Shown here: positions 1-11,639 of the stretch, in pieces | Layout: each line of letters opens with the position of its first letter | Numbering within the stretch: position 1 is the stretch's first letter | Assembly: GCA_964016885.1 (NCBI GenBank) | Contig: OZ024744.1 | Coordinates: 136,028,001-136,092,000, forward strand | Direction: 5' to 3' | Origin: Eledone cirrhosa | Lineage: Eukaryota | Length of the DNA stretch: 64,000 nt | The notes under the pieces: model-generated | Databases searched by the model: none | Seen by the model: only the letters and a program-made list of their open reading frames with translations | What the model was told of the DNA's origin: nothing | Translations under genes and position numbers: made by a program

Positions 1-1591
1 TTGGGGTGTTTGGAATTGTGTGGGTGTTTGAGGAGGGGCGGGGAAAACCTTTCAGGAGGACGCGGTTGTGCGGCCTGGTGCAGGGTGGTTCCACGTCCTC
101 AGGGAGTTTTTCAATGTTTTTCAATGCTTTTCAATGTTTTAAAAATGTCAAGTAGGACCTTCACCATTTTCAGGTTAGGGAGACCCATTGCCATTGTAAA
201 ATTCGGCCCTTCGGTTTGTACCGAAGGGTTATTGTTTATTTTGTCTAAGTTTTTATTGTTTTTGTTTATGTATGTGTAGAGTTTTTGTGTTGTGATTGTT
301 TTTGTTTGTTGTTCTTGAGTATGCTTGTGTTTTGTTGTATGTGTTGTGTTGTCAGGTGGGGTTATTTTTGTTTGTGTGGTGTATGTACGTTTTTTTCTTT
401 TGACTTTTTGGAAGGGAGCCCCCTCGTCTTCCGAGGATATGAGCTCCTCTTCTGTATTGGAGGGGAGGGGTATATTGCCAGGTTGTGTTTGCACTGCGTG
501 TGTTTTTGTATTTGTGTTCTGAGGGGAGAGGCTGGGTGGGACCGTGTTTTGGGTTGTTTTCTTGAGCTGTTGTTGATGTTGTTGTTGTGGTTGTGGTGGT
601 GTTGGTGGTGTTATTGTTTGTGGTGTTTGTAATAATTATTTCTACTTTAGGCACAAGGCCAGCAATTACCCAGTGTATTACTGGTACTTTATTTTATCGA
701 CCCCGTAAGGATGAAAGGCAAAGTCAACCTCGGCGGGATTTGAACTCAGATCGTAAAGGGACGTAACTATGCTGGAAAGCATGGCGTCCGACCCTCTACC
801 GATACTGCCAATCCACGTTTGTAATAATGGTTTCTTTTTTATCAGTTGAGGGCATGCAGCCCTCAAGTGACCTCTGCTTGCGCAGTGGTAACACGCGGGT
901 CGCCTACTCTCAACTGAAATATTTATATAGGTCTCTCCATCTAAATGAATTCTCTGCGGGATCTTCGCTATCCTTTCTGGACCAGAAGTTCCACGTTGGT
1001 CCTACTAAATACCTCTCTGGGGGACTTTCCACCTGAGATTATAATGTCTTGGTCAAGGTCTAAAACGCCACAAAGTAGCCACCAAGTGTCTACTTTGGGT
1101 CTTATGCAGTTGAATTTTATTTTTTGAGACCTTCTTCCCATGTAAGATGGGGAAAAGGTGAAGTGGGTGGATACAATGGGCGCAATAGAATGTTTTTACG
1201 CCGTTTCTTGATCCTTCATAAGCACCGAGATGCTACCGAAGAGTTTTCCTTTTTGAATGAACAAAATACTTTCCATTTGATTCCTTAAAACCAGCTCTAT
1301 CTCACTCTGAGACGGTTGTACTGGTTTTTTTGTAGCATTCGAGATTATCCTGAACACCACCGTGCTCGTGGCAATTTCTCTTTTTATTTCTTCTGGGGAA
1401 TTAATGCTGAATGAACCATCGGGTTCGAAAGTCACATACCTTTTTGCTTCGTCCAACTTTTGCTTTGCGTTGGTTTTTTTTTACAGTTTCCGCAAGGGAA
1501 ATTTTGTTGTCGTTGTCTTTCTTGTTATTGTTGTTGTTGTCACTGTTCACTTTGGTGTTCGTATTGGTATCGATAATTTTTCCGTTGCTGG
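1..1591 (-). mobile_element. Non-LTR retrotransposon (probably L1/Tx1-like) ORF1 region, decayed; 3' part, downstream of the Gypsy insertion
   Basis: The minus strand encodes a CCHC zinc knuckle RPACYHCASRGHLRAACP (~848-902), an SLAETVK (SYAxxV-like) motif near 1480-1500, and a T/Q/P/N-rich low-complexity tail. Removing the SINE (637-816) and one TSD copy joins ...LIKKKPLLQT to PQTITPP...VQTQPGNIP in frame. Several frameshifts are present. Confidence 0.65.
637..816 (-). mobile_element. tRNA-derived SINE (octopus-type), inserted in LINE ORF1
   Basis: Flanked by a 12-bp direct repeat GTTTGTAATAAT (625-636, 817-828). The minus strand has A-box-like TGGCAGTATCGG and B-box GTTCAAATCC, followed by GACTTTGCCTTTCATCC..GGGGTCGATAAAATAAAGTACCAGT, which I recognise from cephalopod SINEs. 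Confidence 0.8.
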
Positions 1592-1825
1592 TGTTACACG
1601 TTCATACCTGTGTATGCGTAGATATATATAACAATGAATACATCCCCACTATCAGTACTATTTTGTTAAGCGCATCTAGTAAACAGTAGGAACTGTGTCT
1701 AAGGCGGATACGCACAGTATGTATCACTCCGCTAAAACATGCCAAGTAAATAAACACGTAGAATCATGCTAATGCCTTCAGTGAGTTGTTTATTATCCCA
1801 GCACGAACCACAAGAATACATAACA
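1592..1825 (+). repeat. 5' LTR (234 bp)
   Basis: Starts TGTTACACG and ends CATAACA. Matches 6437-6673 except for 4 substitutions and 2 small indels by my count. Confidence 0.95.
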
Positions 1826-1836
1826 TGGTGGCAGCG
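1826..1836 (+). promoter_or_regulatory. Primer-binding site, tRNA-Leu type
   Basis: TGGTGGCAGCG immediately after the 5' LTR, complementary to the ...CGCUGCCACCA 3' end of tRNA-Leu. Confidence 0.8.
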
Positions 1837-1948
1837 ATAAATACTTAATCGAAAACCGTGCCTTTACAACAAAACAGGAACACAACAAACCTGAAATTTA
1901 ACAAACTGAATATCACTTCGTCTTCGTACACACACACGTGAATCCAAA

Positions 1949-3229
1949 ATGGCGGCCCCCGTCGCCGTACAGATGAATCTACATCCGACCATGAACTGGG
2001 ACGCCGATGATATCGTGGAAGCGTTTAAGAAATTCAAACAGAAAACTCAATTGGCTTTCAAAAGCTTCCTGAAAGGTACAACTGCCGATGAAAGGGTAAG
2101 CTACATCCTTTTATGGACGGGAGAGAAGGGCCTAGACCTATTCAATAGTTGGGACATGTCAGAATCGGATTGCAATAATCCAGACACACTGTTAGAGAAA
2201 TTTGAAAGGCACCTAGAGCCCAGATCAAACCATAGAATTCATAGTGTAGCAGGAGTTGCCTCCCTCGTTGTGACACTCACAACCCCAATAGACAGGAAGT
2301 AGAACCCTTTCTGTAACTTCCGGTCAGAACCCTATAAAACTAACAACGTTAAGCTCTCTATCTCTCATTCGCCTTTTCAGTCAGGCGACTCCTGGCTTTC
2401 GCCAGGAGTCTTCACTCAGGCGTGTGTAACCCTGGCAACCAAGCGGTAACTAATAACTTTGTTTCATTCTTTCATCTACTCATTGACATGTCAACTATAC
2501 AGTTCTATATATCCACAAATTGTTTATTAAATATTATACACACAAACCACGTCTTCTTGTTACATTCATACAAACCAGTATTTCGCTATAATAGGTACGA
2601 ATTCCAGGGCCTGTCACAAGACCCACAAGAAACAATTGACAACTTCCTGTCCAGACTAAAGAATGTTGCTGAGAAATGCAGATTCAAAGACAAGGACGAA
2701 AGGATTGTTGATCAACTCATAAGTCCAGAAATCCCTCATAGGTAAGGACGCTCTCCAGTTGATAGAAGCAGTAGACACTGCAAGAGCATTCGAAGCCACT
2801 ACCAAACAAATGGCCTCACTTACTTTACAAACAAACACAATAGGCAGCAGTGTAGATATTGTATCCAGACATAGAACGAAACATACCCACAAACAGAGAA
2901 CATGCCAGTACTGCGGTACAGAGCATGAGTTCAATGACCGGAGGAAATGTCCTGCATTTGGTACACACTGCAAAGCATGTGGCAAGCCCAACCACTGGGG
3001 AAAAATGTGTAGACTAACAAAATCTCACAAATACAAGCCCCAGTTTCCAAAGAGGAGCGGAAAGAGAAGACAAAGAGACATACATGCCCAACAACAGGAA
3101 GAAAACACCTCAGAGGAGGAATTCTTGGCAGTCGGCACAATAAATGTACATGAGATGGGAAATGACAACCAGAAAAAAAATGAAGCATACACAACAATAC
3201 AAATCCAAAAGACGTCAGGCAAGAAATGA
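1949..3229 (+). pseudogene. gag: Gypsy gag, interrupted by a solo LTR and a frameshift/deletion near 2720-2760
   Basis: ATG at 1949. Removing 2245-2594 joins HRIH-RYEFQGLSQDPQETIDNFLSRLKNVAEKCRF in frame. Two Cys/His knuckles are present (CQYCGTEH...C and CKACGKPNHWGKMC). Confidence 0.85.
2245..2590. mobile_element. Solo LTR (346 bp) of an unrelated LTR family, inserted in gag
   Basis: Ends TGTAGC...GCTATA (GCTACA with one change), 4-bp TSD ATAG (2241-2244, 2591-2594), internal TATAAAA at ~2333. No similarity to the host LTR. Confidence 0.8.
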
Positions 3230-6018
3230 ATAAACATTGACTTAAAGCTAAAGATTGACACTGGAGCCCAGAATGATATCTTGCCTGTCAACCTCTACAA
3301 AAAGATGTAATCCTCACTGCATACGGAGGTACCAGGATTCCACAACTGGGCAAAACAACCATTACAGGGACACACAAAGGAAAAATAATCAAGTGTTCTT
3401 TTTATGTCACAAGAACAGAAGGACCTGCAATTCTTGGACTTAATACCTGTCAAAGGGTTAATATTGTGTCAATCAACGGGGAAGTGAAGGCAGCGCCAAG
3501 CAGGATTGACAGAGATATGCCTATCGAAGACCGACCACCAATCACAAATAATGAAGAACTGATAAGCATGTACCCAGAATGCTTTGACGATACAGTCGGG
3601 TGTTTTGAGAATTGTCGATACCATATAACAGTCGACCCCAATGCCAAACCAATTGTTCACCCACCTCGCCGCGTTCCACTGGAATTAAAAGAGAAGCTGA
3701 AGGCAGAGTTAGACAGAATGGAGAAAAAGGAAATAATCACCAAAGTGACACGACCAACTGACTGGGTGAATTCAATTGTAATCAAAGAAAAAGCCAATGG
3801 TACCTTACGAATATGCCTCGACCCAAGAGATCTGAACATGGCATTAAAACAAGATTACTACCCAATTCCAACCCTTGAAGAAATCACACCATCATTAGCT
3901 GGATCCAAGATATTCAGCAAACTGGATGCCAGTAATGGGTACTGGAATGTAAAGATAGACAAAGAATCATCGATGCTAACTACCTTCAACACACCATTTG
4001 GCAGATACCGATTCAACCGACTCCCATTTGGATTGAAGGTGAGCCAAGATGTTTTCCAGCGCCAAATAGATGAGGCCTACCAAGGCTGCAAGGGAGCAAT
4101 TGGGATAGCAGACGATATCCAAGTGCATGGCAAGGATGAGATCACACACGACTTCAATTTACATGAAGCTATGGAGAAAACCCGACAAGCAGGTATCAAA
4201 CTCAATGTAAACAAGTGTGTGATCAAAGCAAAAGAGTGCAAATTTTTTGGAATGATATACTCTGCAGAGGGAGTGAAACCAGACCCCGCTAAAGTGGAAG
4301 CCATCAGTTACATCAGAGAACCCCAAAATAAGAAGGAACTCGGAAGCTTCCTGAGACTCATCCACTATATGGGAGCCTTCATACCTAAGCTGGCCGATCA
4401 CACTGCAAACCTCCGAGAGCTAATGAAAGATGACATAGAGTTTGATTGGTGTGCTTCGCACACACAGGATTTCAATGCAATCAAAAAGCTCATCAGTAAG
4501 GAGACAACTTTGCAGTACTATGATAGATGCAAACCAGTAACACTCCAAGTTGATGCTTCTATGAGAGGAGTTGGCGCAGCATTGATACAAGAAGGTAAAC
4601 CTATTGCATATGCCTCGAAAGCTCTCTCACCCACAGAGACAAGGTATGCAAACATTGAAAGGGAACTCCTGGCAGTGAAAAGTTTCACACATACCTGTAT
4701 GGCAGATATTTCAATATTGAGTCAGACCATCGCCCACTAGAACAAATATACAAAAAAAAACTCACAAAAGCACCAGCCAGACTGCAAAGGTTACTAAAAA
4801 TATGACTACAATATCAGGTACAAGCCAGGAAAGGACCTGATATTGGCGGATGCTCTTTCCAGACTATCCTCACATGATAAACAGGAAATGGAAGGACTAA
4901 GTGTAAAGGTCCACCACATTGTAAATGTGACAAACACAAAGCTGGAACAAATCAAAGAGGAGACCAGCAAAGATGAAGAACTCCAGCTCCTTACTCAGAT
5001 GGTGATTCAGGGATGGCCAGAGAAGAGACATCAGGTGCAGCCTCTCATTCGTGAATATTGAGCCATCCATGATGACATATCAGTGGAGAATGGAATCCTG
5101 ATGGCTGGATCCCGAATAATTATGCCCAAATCAATGCAAAAAGAGATTCTTGTCAAGATCCACCAAGGACTTCTGGGAATGGAAAAATGCAAACTCCGAG
5201 CCAAGTCAGCTGTATATTGGATAGGCATGTACAAAGACATAGAAAAGATGGTTTCTACATGCCACATCTGTCAAAAGTACAGAAACTCTCAACAAAAGGA
5301 GGAAATGATATCCAGTGACATTCCAAGAAGGCCATGGCAAACTATTGGAGTAGATCTGTTCACAGAGAACCAAGAATGGTACTTGAATATGGTCTGCTAC
5401 TACTCCAAATTCCCATTTGTGAGAAAAGTGAAAGACCTGAAGGCCAAAACAATAACTACAGTGGCTCGAGGACTCCTAGCAGAGCAAGGAATACCAGAGC
5501 AGATCATATGTGACAATGGAACCCAGTTCACATCTCAGGAATTCAAAAAGCTAGCCGATGAGTATGGGTTCAACATTGTAACCTCATCTCCACACTACCC
5601 CAAAGGCCATGGATTCATAGAAAGACAGGTGCAGACAGTCAAGAGAACACTAGTCAAATGCCGAGAAACTGAGGAAGACCCACACCTGGCACTTCTGTCC
5701 CTACGAGCGACACCACTGAGGACTGACATGAAATCCCCAGCAGAAATGCTGAATGGCAGGAAATACAAAACCACCCTGCCAACTAAGATCCAACCTCCTA
5801 TTGACCAGGAAAAGACAAGGGCAAAGCTAGCAGCCACTCAAGAACAAGCACAGAAATATTACAACAAACATGCACAATACTTACCTGAGATACTTGGAGG
5901 ACAGCATGTGCATACACAAGATGATCCTATAACCAAAACATGGATCCCAGAACAAGTTGTCAGTAGAGCCGAAACTCCAAGATCATATATTATAGAAACT
6001 GAACTGGTAGGCAGCTGA
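3230..6018 (+). pseudogene. pol: Gypsy pol (protease, RT, RNase H, integrase) with stops, deletions and frameshifts
   Basis: Protease IDTGA at ~3254-3268, in the gag frame after a TGA. RT has LRICLDPRDLN, RLPFGL and IADDI; RNase H has VDAS and YANIERELLAV; integrase has H..C-x2-C, GVDLF, CDNG and IERQV. Split into ORFs 3466-4740, 4843-5061 and 5083-6018. Confidence 0.93.
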
Positions 6019-6424
6019 GACGTAACAGGGCCCACATCTGCCCAACACCAAAGCTATCGAGGATAACATGCGCAACACCCACAGCAGATGACGACACACA
6101 CAGAATCCGTGCTTCCACAGAATCATCACCCCAACGGGCACCAACCACCTATCAGCAGCCCAACAACACACCTCAGACACCAGTGCAGAGCACAAGATCC
6201 ACCAGATGGAGACCGAACATTTTACCACCGATTCGATACCGTTAAAAGAAAAACAAAAAAAAACAACTATTTCTGCGAGATTAGGAAGCAGAAAACCACG
6301 TGTGTGGGCAGAATAATCTCACGGTTTCTGCTGCAGGATTGCCACCCTTGCGCTGACAGTCCATTAGTGTAAGGGAGATTACATCTACTTTTTTTTTTTC
6401 ATTGCCAAAAGATCCTTTTTTTTC

Positions 6425-6436
6425 AAGAAGAAGGGA
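6425..6436 (+). promoter_or_regulatory. Polypurine tract
   Basis: AAGAAGAAGGGA directly before the 3' LTR. Confidence 0.85.
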
Positions 6437-6673
6437 TGTTACACGTTCATACCTATGTGTATGCGTAGATATACATAACAATGAATACATCCCCACTATC
6501 AGTACTATTTTGTTAAGCGCATCTAGTAAACAGTAGAAACTGTGTCTAAGGCGGATACGCACAGTATGTATCATTCCGCTAAAAACATGCCAAGTAAATA
6601 AACACGTAGAATCATGCTAACGCCTTCAGTGAGTTGTTTATTATCCCAGCACGAACCACAAGAATACATAACA
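6437..6673 (+). repeat. 3' LTR (237 bp)
   Basis: Direct repeat of 1592-1825, followed by TSD GCTGG. Confidence 0.95.
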
Positions 6674-7065
6674 GCTGGTATTAATTCCAATTTTTGTCTT
6701 TTCGGTTGTTGTCTGTTGTTCCTTATTAACGTTTTTCGTTAAAGGAAGTGGGAGAAGCTGGGCACTTAGTGCTTTCATTTTTCCTCGAAGATTTTTTTTT
6801 CTTTGGGGAGCGTGGCACCATGACTTGTATTAATGCCGTCCATTACTACAAGCTGAGTTCACAAAATTGTAAGAAGAAAACTTTCACCCCAAAAAGGGGC
6901 GGAAATAATAATAACCCCAACGTCTGCAGGCCATAACGATGGGTTAAAGTATATCACAATAGAAAAATAAATCCCAAATCTCACTTTTTACAAGGTAAAA
7001 CCAATGTAAAACACAGAGCTCATTAATACACGTCTACCTCCGTCAACAGAGTGAAAGACCCACTT
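6674..7065 (-). mobile_element. 5' part (5' UTR and ORF1 start) of the LINE interrupted by the Gypsy element
   Basis: The minus-strand frame KEQQTTTEKTKIGINTS continues across the TSD into NGKIIDTNTNTKV at 1586. An AGACGTG motif (7029-7035, minus) resembles LINE internal-promoter elements. The 5' boundary is approximate. Confidence 0.55.
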
Positions 7066-7147
7066 ATGCTCGTGCACACGAAAACACACACTCTCGCATA
7101 CCTCTATCACTTTCGATAATGTCACCACCACCACCACTATCACTGTC

Positions 7148-7557
7148 GTGACACCTACATGACCACTTTACAGTGTGTACTGGGACTTTTTGTTAAGACA
7201 TATGACTACCTTCCAGTGTGTACTAGGTACCTTTTGTCGTGACACCTACATAACTACTTTACAGTGTGTACTGGGTACTTTTTGTTGTGACACCTACATG
7301 ACCTCTTTACAGTGTGTACTGGGTAATTTTTATTGACACCTACATGACCACTCTACAGTGTGTACTGAGTACTTTTTGTTGTGACACCTACATGACCACT
7401 TTACAGTGTGTACTGGGTACTTTTTATAATGACATCTACATGACCACTTTACAGTGTGGACTGGGGACTTTATGTTGTGACATCTACATGACAACTTTAC
7501 AGTGTGTATTGGCTACTTTTTGTTGTGACACCTACATGACCACTTTACATTGTGTAT
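7148..7557. repeat. 48-bp minisatellite (~8.5 copies), probably an expanded 3' UTR repeat of the RTE family
   Basis: Unit GACACCTACATGACCACTTTACAGTGTGTACTGGGTACTTTTTGTTGT. Its reverse complement matches ~2 diverged units at ~9560-9650 in the plus-strand RTE-derived element. Confidence 0.85.
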
Positions 7558-7576
7558 GCTCTGTAAAGTGGTAGTG

Positions 7577-8262
7577 TCATGATAAAATACACCCATAGAT
7601 ATCAGCTATGAGCGTTAGATCATCTGCGTATAGAAGTTCCCATGGGCAGCCGGTCTTGAACTCCTCTGTTATAGCCTGAAGGGCAATAATAAATAGGAGG
7701 GGGCTAAGCACAGAGCCCTGATGAACACCGACTTTTACACTAAATTCTTCACTATATTCCTTGTTAATTCTAACCTTGCTGACTGTTTCATTATACATGG
7801 CTTGTATAGCTCTCACAAGCCATTCATCAACACCTAGTTTTCTAAGAGCCCACCAGATAATGGAGCGGGGGACTCTGTCAAAGGCTTTCTCCAGGTCTAC
7901 AAAAGCTAAGTAGAGGGGTTTACTTTTAGCTAGGTACTTCTCCTGTAGTTGTTGTACAAGGAAAAGAGCGTCTGTGGTACTTTTACTTGACACAAACCCA
8001 AACTGCATTTCATCTAGATCAATTCGCTCTCTGTGACCTTCATGACCTGGTCAACTAACTTAATGCCTCTATAGTTTCTCCTATCTAGGGCATCTCCTTT
8101 ACCCTTGTAGCAGTTAATGATGATGCTGTTACGCCAGTCCTTTGGTATGACCCCATTCTGTATGACTCTGTTTTACTATCTGGGTGACCAAAGTATGTCC
8201 CATCATTCAAAATCTCAGCTGCTTTGCCTGTGTTCATATCTTTGATTGCCTTACTTATTATA
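7577..8262 (-). mobile_element. RTE-clade LINE, RT-domain part (host copy, downstream half)
   Basis: ISKAIKDMNTGKA..., QFGF, AFVDLEKAFDRV, GVHQGSVLSPLLF, LLYADD. Frameshifted. Confidence 0.92.
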
Positions 8263-9796
8263 TGTTTTTACACGGTCCATTTACTTAGAATCCAAGCCAT
8301 CAATTTTATTCGTTAATTCTGTCAGACCCTCAAAAACAATCGTCTTGTATTTAAACTTTGATTACTGTTATACATTCGTTTAATAACCTTCTCGTATTTA
8401 AACACTGATTAGTTATATGTTCGTTTATAGGTTTATCGTTTATAGGATGAAATCTGTGGCTGGAGCAGACCTATAGGCAGGAGGAGAGTAACTTGGTGGT
8501 GGAGGAGTCAATCAAGGCCAAGAAGCAAGCTTGGAAAGTATGGTGAGATGGGGGATGTAGAGAGAACTATCAAGTGGCCAGGAGACAAGTGTACTTCGCA
8601 AGAAGGGAAGCAGAGGAAAGCAAGTTCAAGCATGTTCTACAACACGAGGACCAAAAACGTGAGGTGTTCAGGATTGCTAGGCAATGTGTCAAGGAAATCC
8701 GTGATATTGTCGGGGAGAAGTGTGTACGTAATGATAATGGTGTACTTGCCCTCACTGATACTGATAAGAAGGTAGCTTGGAAGTGTCACGACAAGAGGCT
8801 ACTAAATGAGGAGAATAAGTGGGAAAAAGATAGTCTGCCCCACATCGATCCAATAGAGGGACTAGCGGTGCAGGTTTGGTTCTATAGAAATAGTGGACCC
8901 CTTCCGTTACCTGGGTGACAAAATCAGCAGTGGTGGAGGGTGCTCTGAAAGTACAGTAGCTAGAGTCAGAACGGGATGGAAAAAGTTCAGAGAGCTTATA
9001 CCACTATTAGCCGCTAAAGGGTTCTCTCTAACAATGAAAGGCAGGCTGTATGATGCCTGCATACGAACAGCAATGTTGCATGGCAGTGAGACCTGGGCAC
9101 TGTGTGCAGAGGATATACGCAGACTGGAGAGGAACGAAGCTTGCATGCTCCGTTGGATGTGTAATAGTAATATACATGAACGGCAAAGCATAAATGAACT
9201 AAGGGAGAAATTAGGAATAAGAGGGATCAGATGCTTTTTATACAGACGACAGCTGTATAAAAAAGTGCAGGGCAATAAAGATAGACGGTAGCCACGGAGG
9301 AGGCAGACCCAGAAAAACCTGGGACGATTTGATAAATTCCGACCTTACACACTTACACCTCTCCAAGACAATGTCACTGGACCGAGATCTTTGGCGCCAC
9401 GCAGTAATACAGAAGACCCGCCTTGCCTAAGTACAAAGTGAAACCTACAGTCAGTAGGCACCTCCTAACCAAAAATACACCCCCATTCCACCACCCTTAC
9501 CCCCACCCACACCTAAAGTTATGTTGGTACCACAACATCCAGTCCTAAACAAATGAGGTCGTGTAGGTGTCACAACAAAAAACACACAGTCCACGCTGTA
9601 ATGTGGCCGTGTAGGTAACACGGTAAAAACCTCCCATCCACACTGTAAACGTGGTTGGTGTGAGGAAGGGCATCCAGCGGTAGAAAACCCGCCAGACAGT
9701 CCTATACGAGCAAGACAACCAATCTTGCCTCACGTGGGGCAATTCCCGTCTAAACACATGCTAGCGTGGAAGATAGACGATGATGATGATATGATG
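8263..9796 (+). mobile_element. Non-autonomous, internally deleted RTE-derived retroposon with (GAT)n tail
   Basis: Direct repeat ATTATA at 8257-8262 and 9797-9802. It contains the RTE pre-RT segment (TWWW...PIEGLAVQV, ~8450-8875) fused to the post-RT segment (FRYLG...LHGSETWA...RPRKTWD, ~8890-9430), then a 3' UTR with 48-bp units, GGAAGGGCATCCAGC and a GATGATGAT tail. Confidence 0.75.
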
Positions 9797-10051
9797 ATTA
9801 TACTACCTTTAACTTGCACCGCTGGTCCCTCTATTGGGTTGATTTGGGGCAGACTATCTTCATCCCATTTACTCTCCTCATTTAATAGTCTTACATAGTG
9901 GTATTTCCAAGCTACCTTCTTTTCAGTATCAATGAGGGCAAGTACACCATTATCATTACGGACACACTTCTCACTGATGACATCAAAATTTTCCGACACA
10001 TTGCCTCACAATCCTGAACACCTCACGCCTTTGGTCCTCACCTTGCAGAAC
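9797..10051 (-). mobile_element. RTE-clade LINE, pre-RT part (host copy, upstream half)
   Basis: EKCVRNDNGVLALIDTEKKVAWKYHYVRLLNEE...PIEGPAVQVKGSII. Joins in frame to (I)ISKAIKDM at 8262 once the insertion is removed. Confidence 0.85.
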
Positions 10052-10146
10052 ATATATATATATTTGGCTAAATGTCAATAACACAAACAAAATATTATCA
10101 ATGCCAAATTAAAAAGAAATATTCAAATAATACCACTTACAAGATT

Positions 10147-10827
10147 TTATTTAAGATGTACAGTTTTTAAATGTGTTTTCAATGATTTCATATAGTGAAA
10201 TGATTTATTACAGAAATCACAGTCTCTTCTTTCTCCGGTGTGAACTTTTACATGTTGATTCAAGGAGCTAGACTGTTTAAATGATTTTAAACAGTCTCTA
10301 CATTTATATTTCCTTTCATTACTGTGTATCTTTATATGATCTTTTAAAATACTATTTTTTGAAAAAGACTTGAAACAAATTTCACATGTATAAGGCTTCT
10401 CACCAGTATGTGTTCTCAGATGATCTTTTAAAGAACTTTTCTGACTAAATTTAGCACCACAATGGTCACACATATAAGGCTTCAGATTATAGTGAGTTTT
10501 TATGTGACTACTAAGGTGAGATTTTCTGAAAAATGATATACCACAAAATGAACACTGAAACTTTTTTACTTTATTGTGTCTTGTTTCATGTTCAGTTAAT
10601 GAAAACTTTCGAGTAAATGTTTGGCCACATTCAGAACAAGAAAAAGGTTTCACTTTTTCATGCATTTTCAGATGAACAGTTAAATTACTCTTACTGTTAA
10701 ATTTCTTTTCACAGTACTTGCATTTGAAAGGCTTTTCTCCTGTATGAATTCTCTTATGTACAGCTAATGAACTTATTCTTGAAAAATGCTTCAAGCAGAC
10801 ATGGCACTGCCATTTTGGTGGTGTCAT
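10147..10827 (-). CDS. C2H2 (Kruppel-type) zinc-finger protein, 8 tandem fingers; probably the terminal exon
   Basis: Intact 226-aa ORF with eight C-x2-C-x12-H-x3/4-H units and HTGEKP linkers. A 3' splice acceptor (TTTTTGTTATTTTGCAG, AG at 10840-10839) lies 11 nt upstream of the ATG. Confidence 0.9.
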   Translation of the reverse strand: MTPPKWQCHVCLKHFSRISSLAVHKRIHTGEKPFKCKYCEKKFNSKSNLTVHLKMHEKVKPFSCSECGQTFTRKFSLTEHETRHNKVKKFQCSFCGISFFRKSHLSSHIKTHYNLKPYMCDHCGAKFSQKSSLKDHLRTHTGEKPYTCEICFKSFSKNSILKDHIKIHSNERKYKCRDCLKSFKQSSSLNQHVKVHTGERRDCDFCNKSFHYMKSLKTHLKTVHLK

Positions 10828-11639
10828 AATTTTAAATACTGCAAAATAACAAAAATAACAAACAATTGAGAAAAATCAAAGAATAGAATTGTAAAATTCA
10901 ACAATTCAGAAGTGAACATGTAAATTTGATATCATTATCATTTAATGTTTGTTTTTCCCTGCTAGCAAGGGCTGGACAAGATACATGAACATGAAGAAAG
11001 AACCATACACATAAAAAAAATACTTCAAAGTTTTGCAAACCTGTATAATTACACTATCAGTTGTTTAATCCTTCTCTATTTATCAAACTATTAAGTTATG
11101 AGATATAAAAGAACATGAGATAAAAACCAGATTTTAGATTGGTGTCAGCATAAACACAGACACACATCACTGTCAACTGTTACAAGGGTAAAAATGATGT
11201 ACCAAAGAGAGGCATCAGATTGTTAGATTTATTTATACTTGTGTCACATTCACCCAGAATGGGTTGATCAGTGCATCCTGAGCAAAAGTTGCCCATTCAC
11301 AGCAACCACAGATGTCTCATACAAATATTGTCAAACAGTCACAATTTCAACAGCAGATATTAGCTCAAAATCTAACTTCATTGTGCTAATCCATACTTAC
11401 AAATGTTTGCCTCGCCATTTAAGACATTTAGGAAGGGGCTCTGGTGCAACTGCATTGCACATGAATTCACCTCAGAGTGTGTGACCAAACCAACAGAGGA
11501 AGCTTTTGTTGTTGAAGGGAATCAATCCAGCAGAAACAACAAATTTTATCAAGAGAGTCACCACCAAGACTGCCTGCAACACCAATGATAAGTCGAAGTA
11601 GCACATCTGCCAGGAATTCCAAGATTTGTCAGCTGTAGC

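Larger units (their letters stand above)
1592..6673 (+). mobile_element. Full-length but inactivated Ty3/Gypsy LTR retrotransposon (Mag-like)
   Basis: Two LTRs TGTTA...TAACA, 5-bp TSD GCTGG (1587-1591, 6674-6678), PBS, PPT, and gag-PR-RT-RH-IN domain order. Confidence 0.96.

Noticed and set aside
1-632. Plus-strand Cys/Val/Leu/Phe-rich ORFs (1-279, 285-632, 325-522)
   Set aside because: They are antisense shadows of the A/C-rich LINE ORF1 tail.
730-816. tRNA gene
   Set aside because: A/B boxes are present but belong to a SINE head flanked by a TSD; no convincing cloverleaf.
2656-6574. Short minus-strand ORFs within the Gypsy element
   Set aside because: They are antisense to gag/pol with no recognisable motifs. 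No env-like third ORF is seen (6088-6372 is a frameshifted pol tail or 3' UTR).
7314-7574. 86-aa ORF with 16-aa repeats
   Set aside because: Translation of the 48-bp minisatellite; neighbouring units have frame-breaking indels.
11239-11588. Short plus-strand ORFs as exons
   Set aside because: No ATG-led convincing frame, motif or splice support. Origin unresolved.
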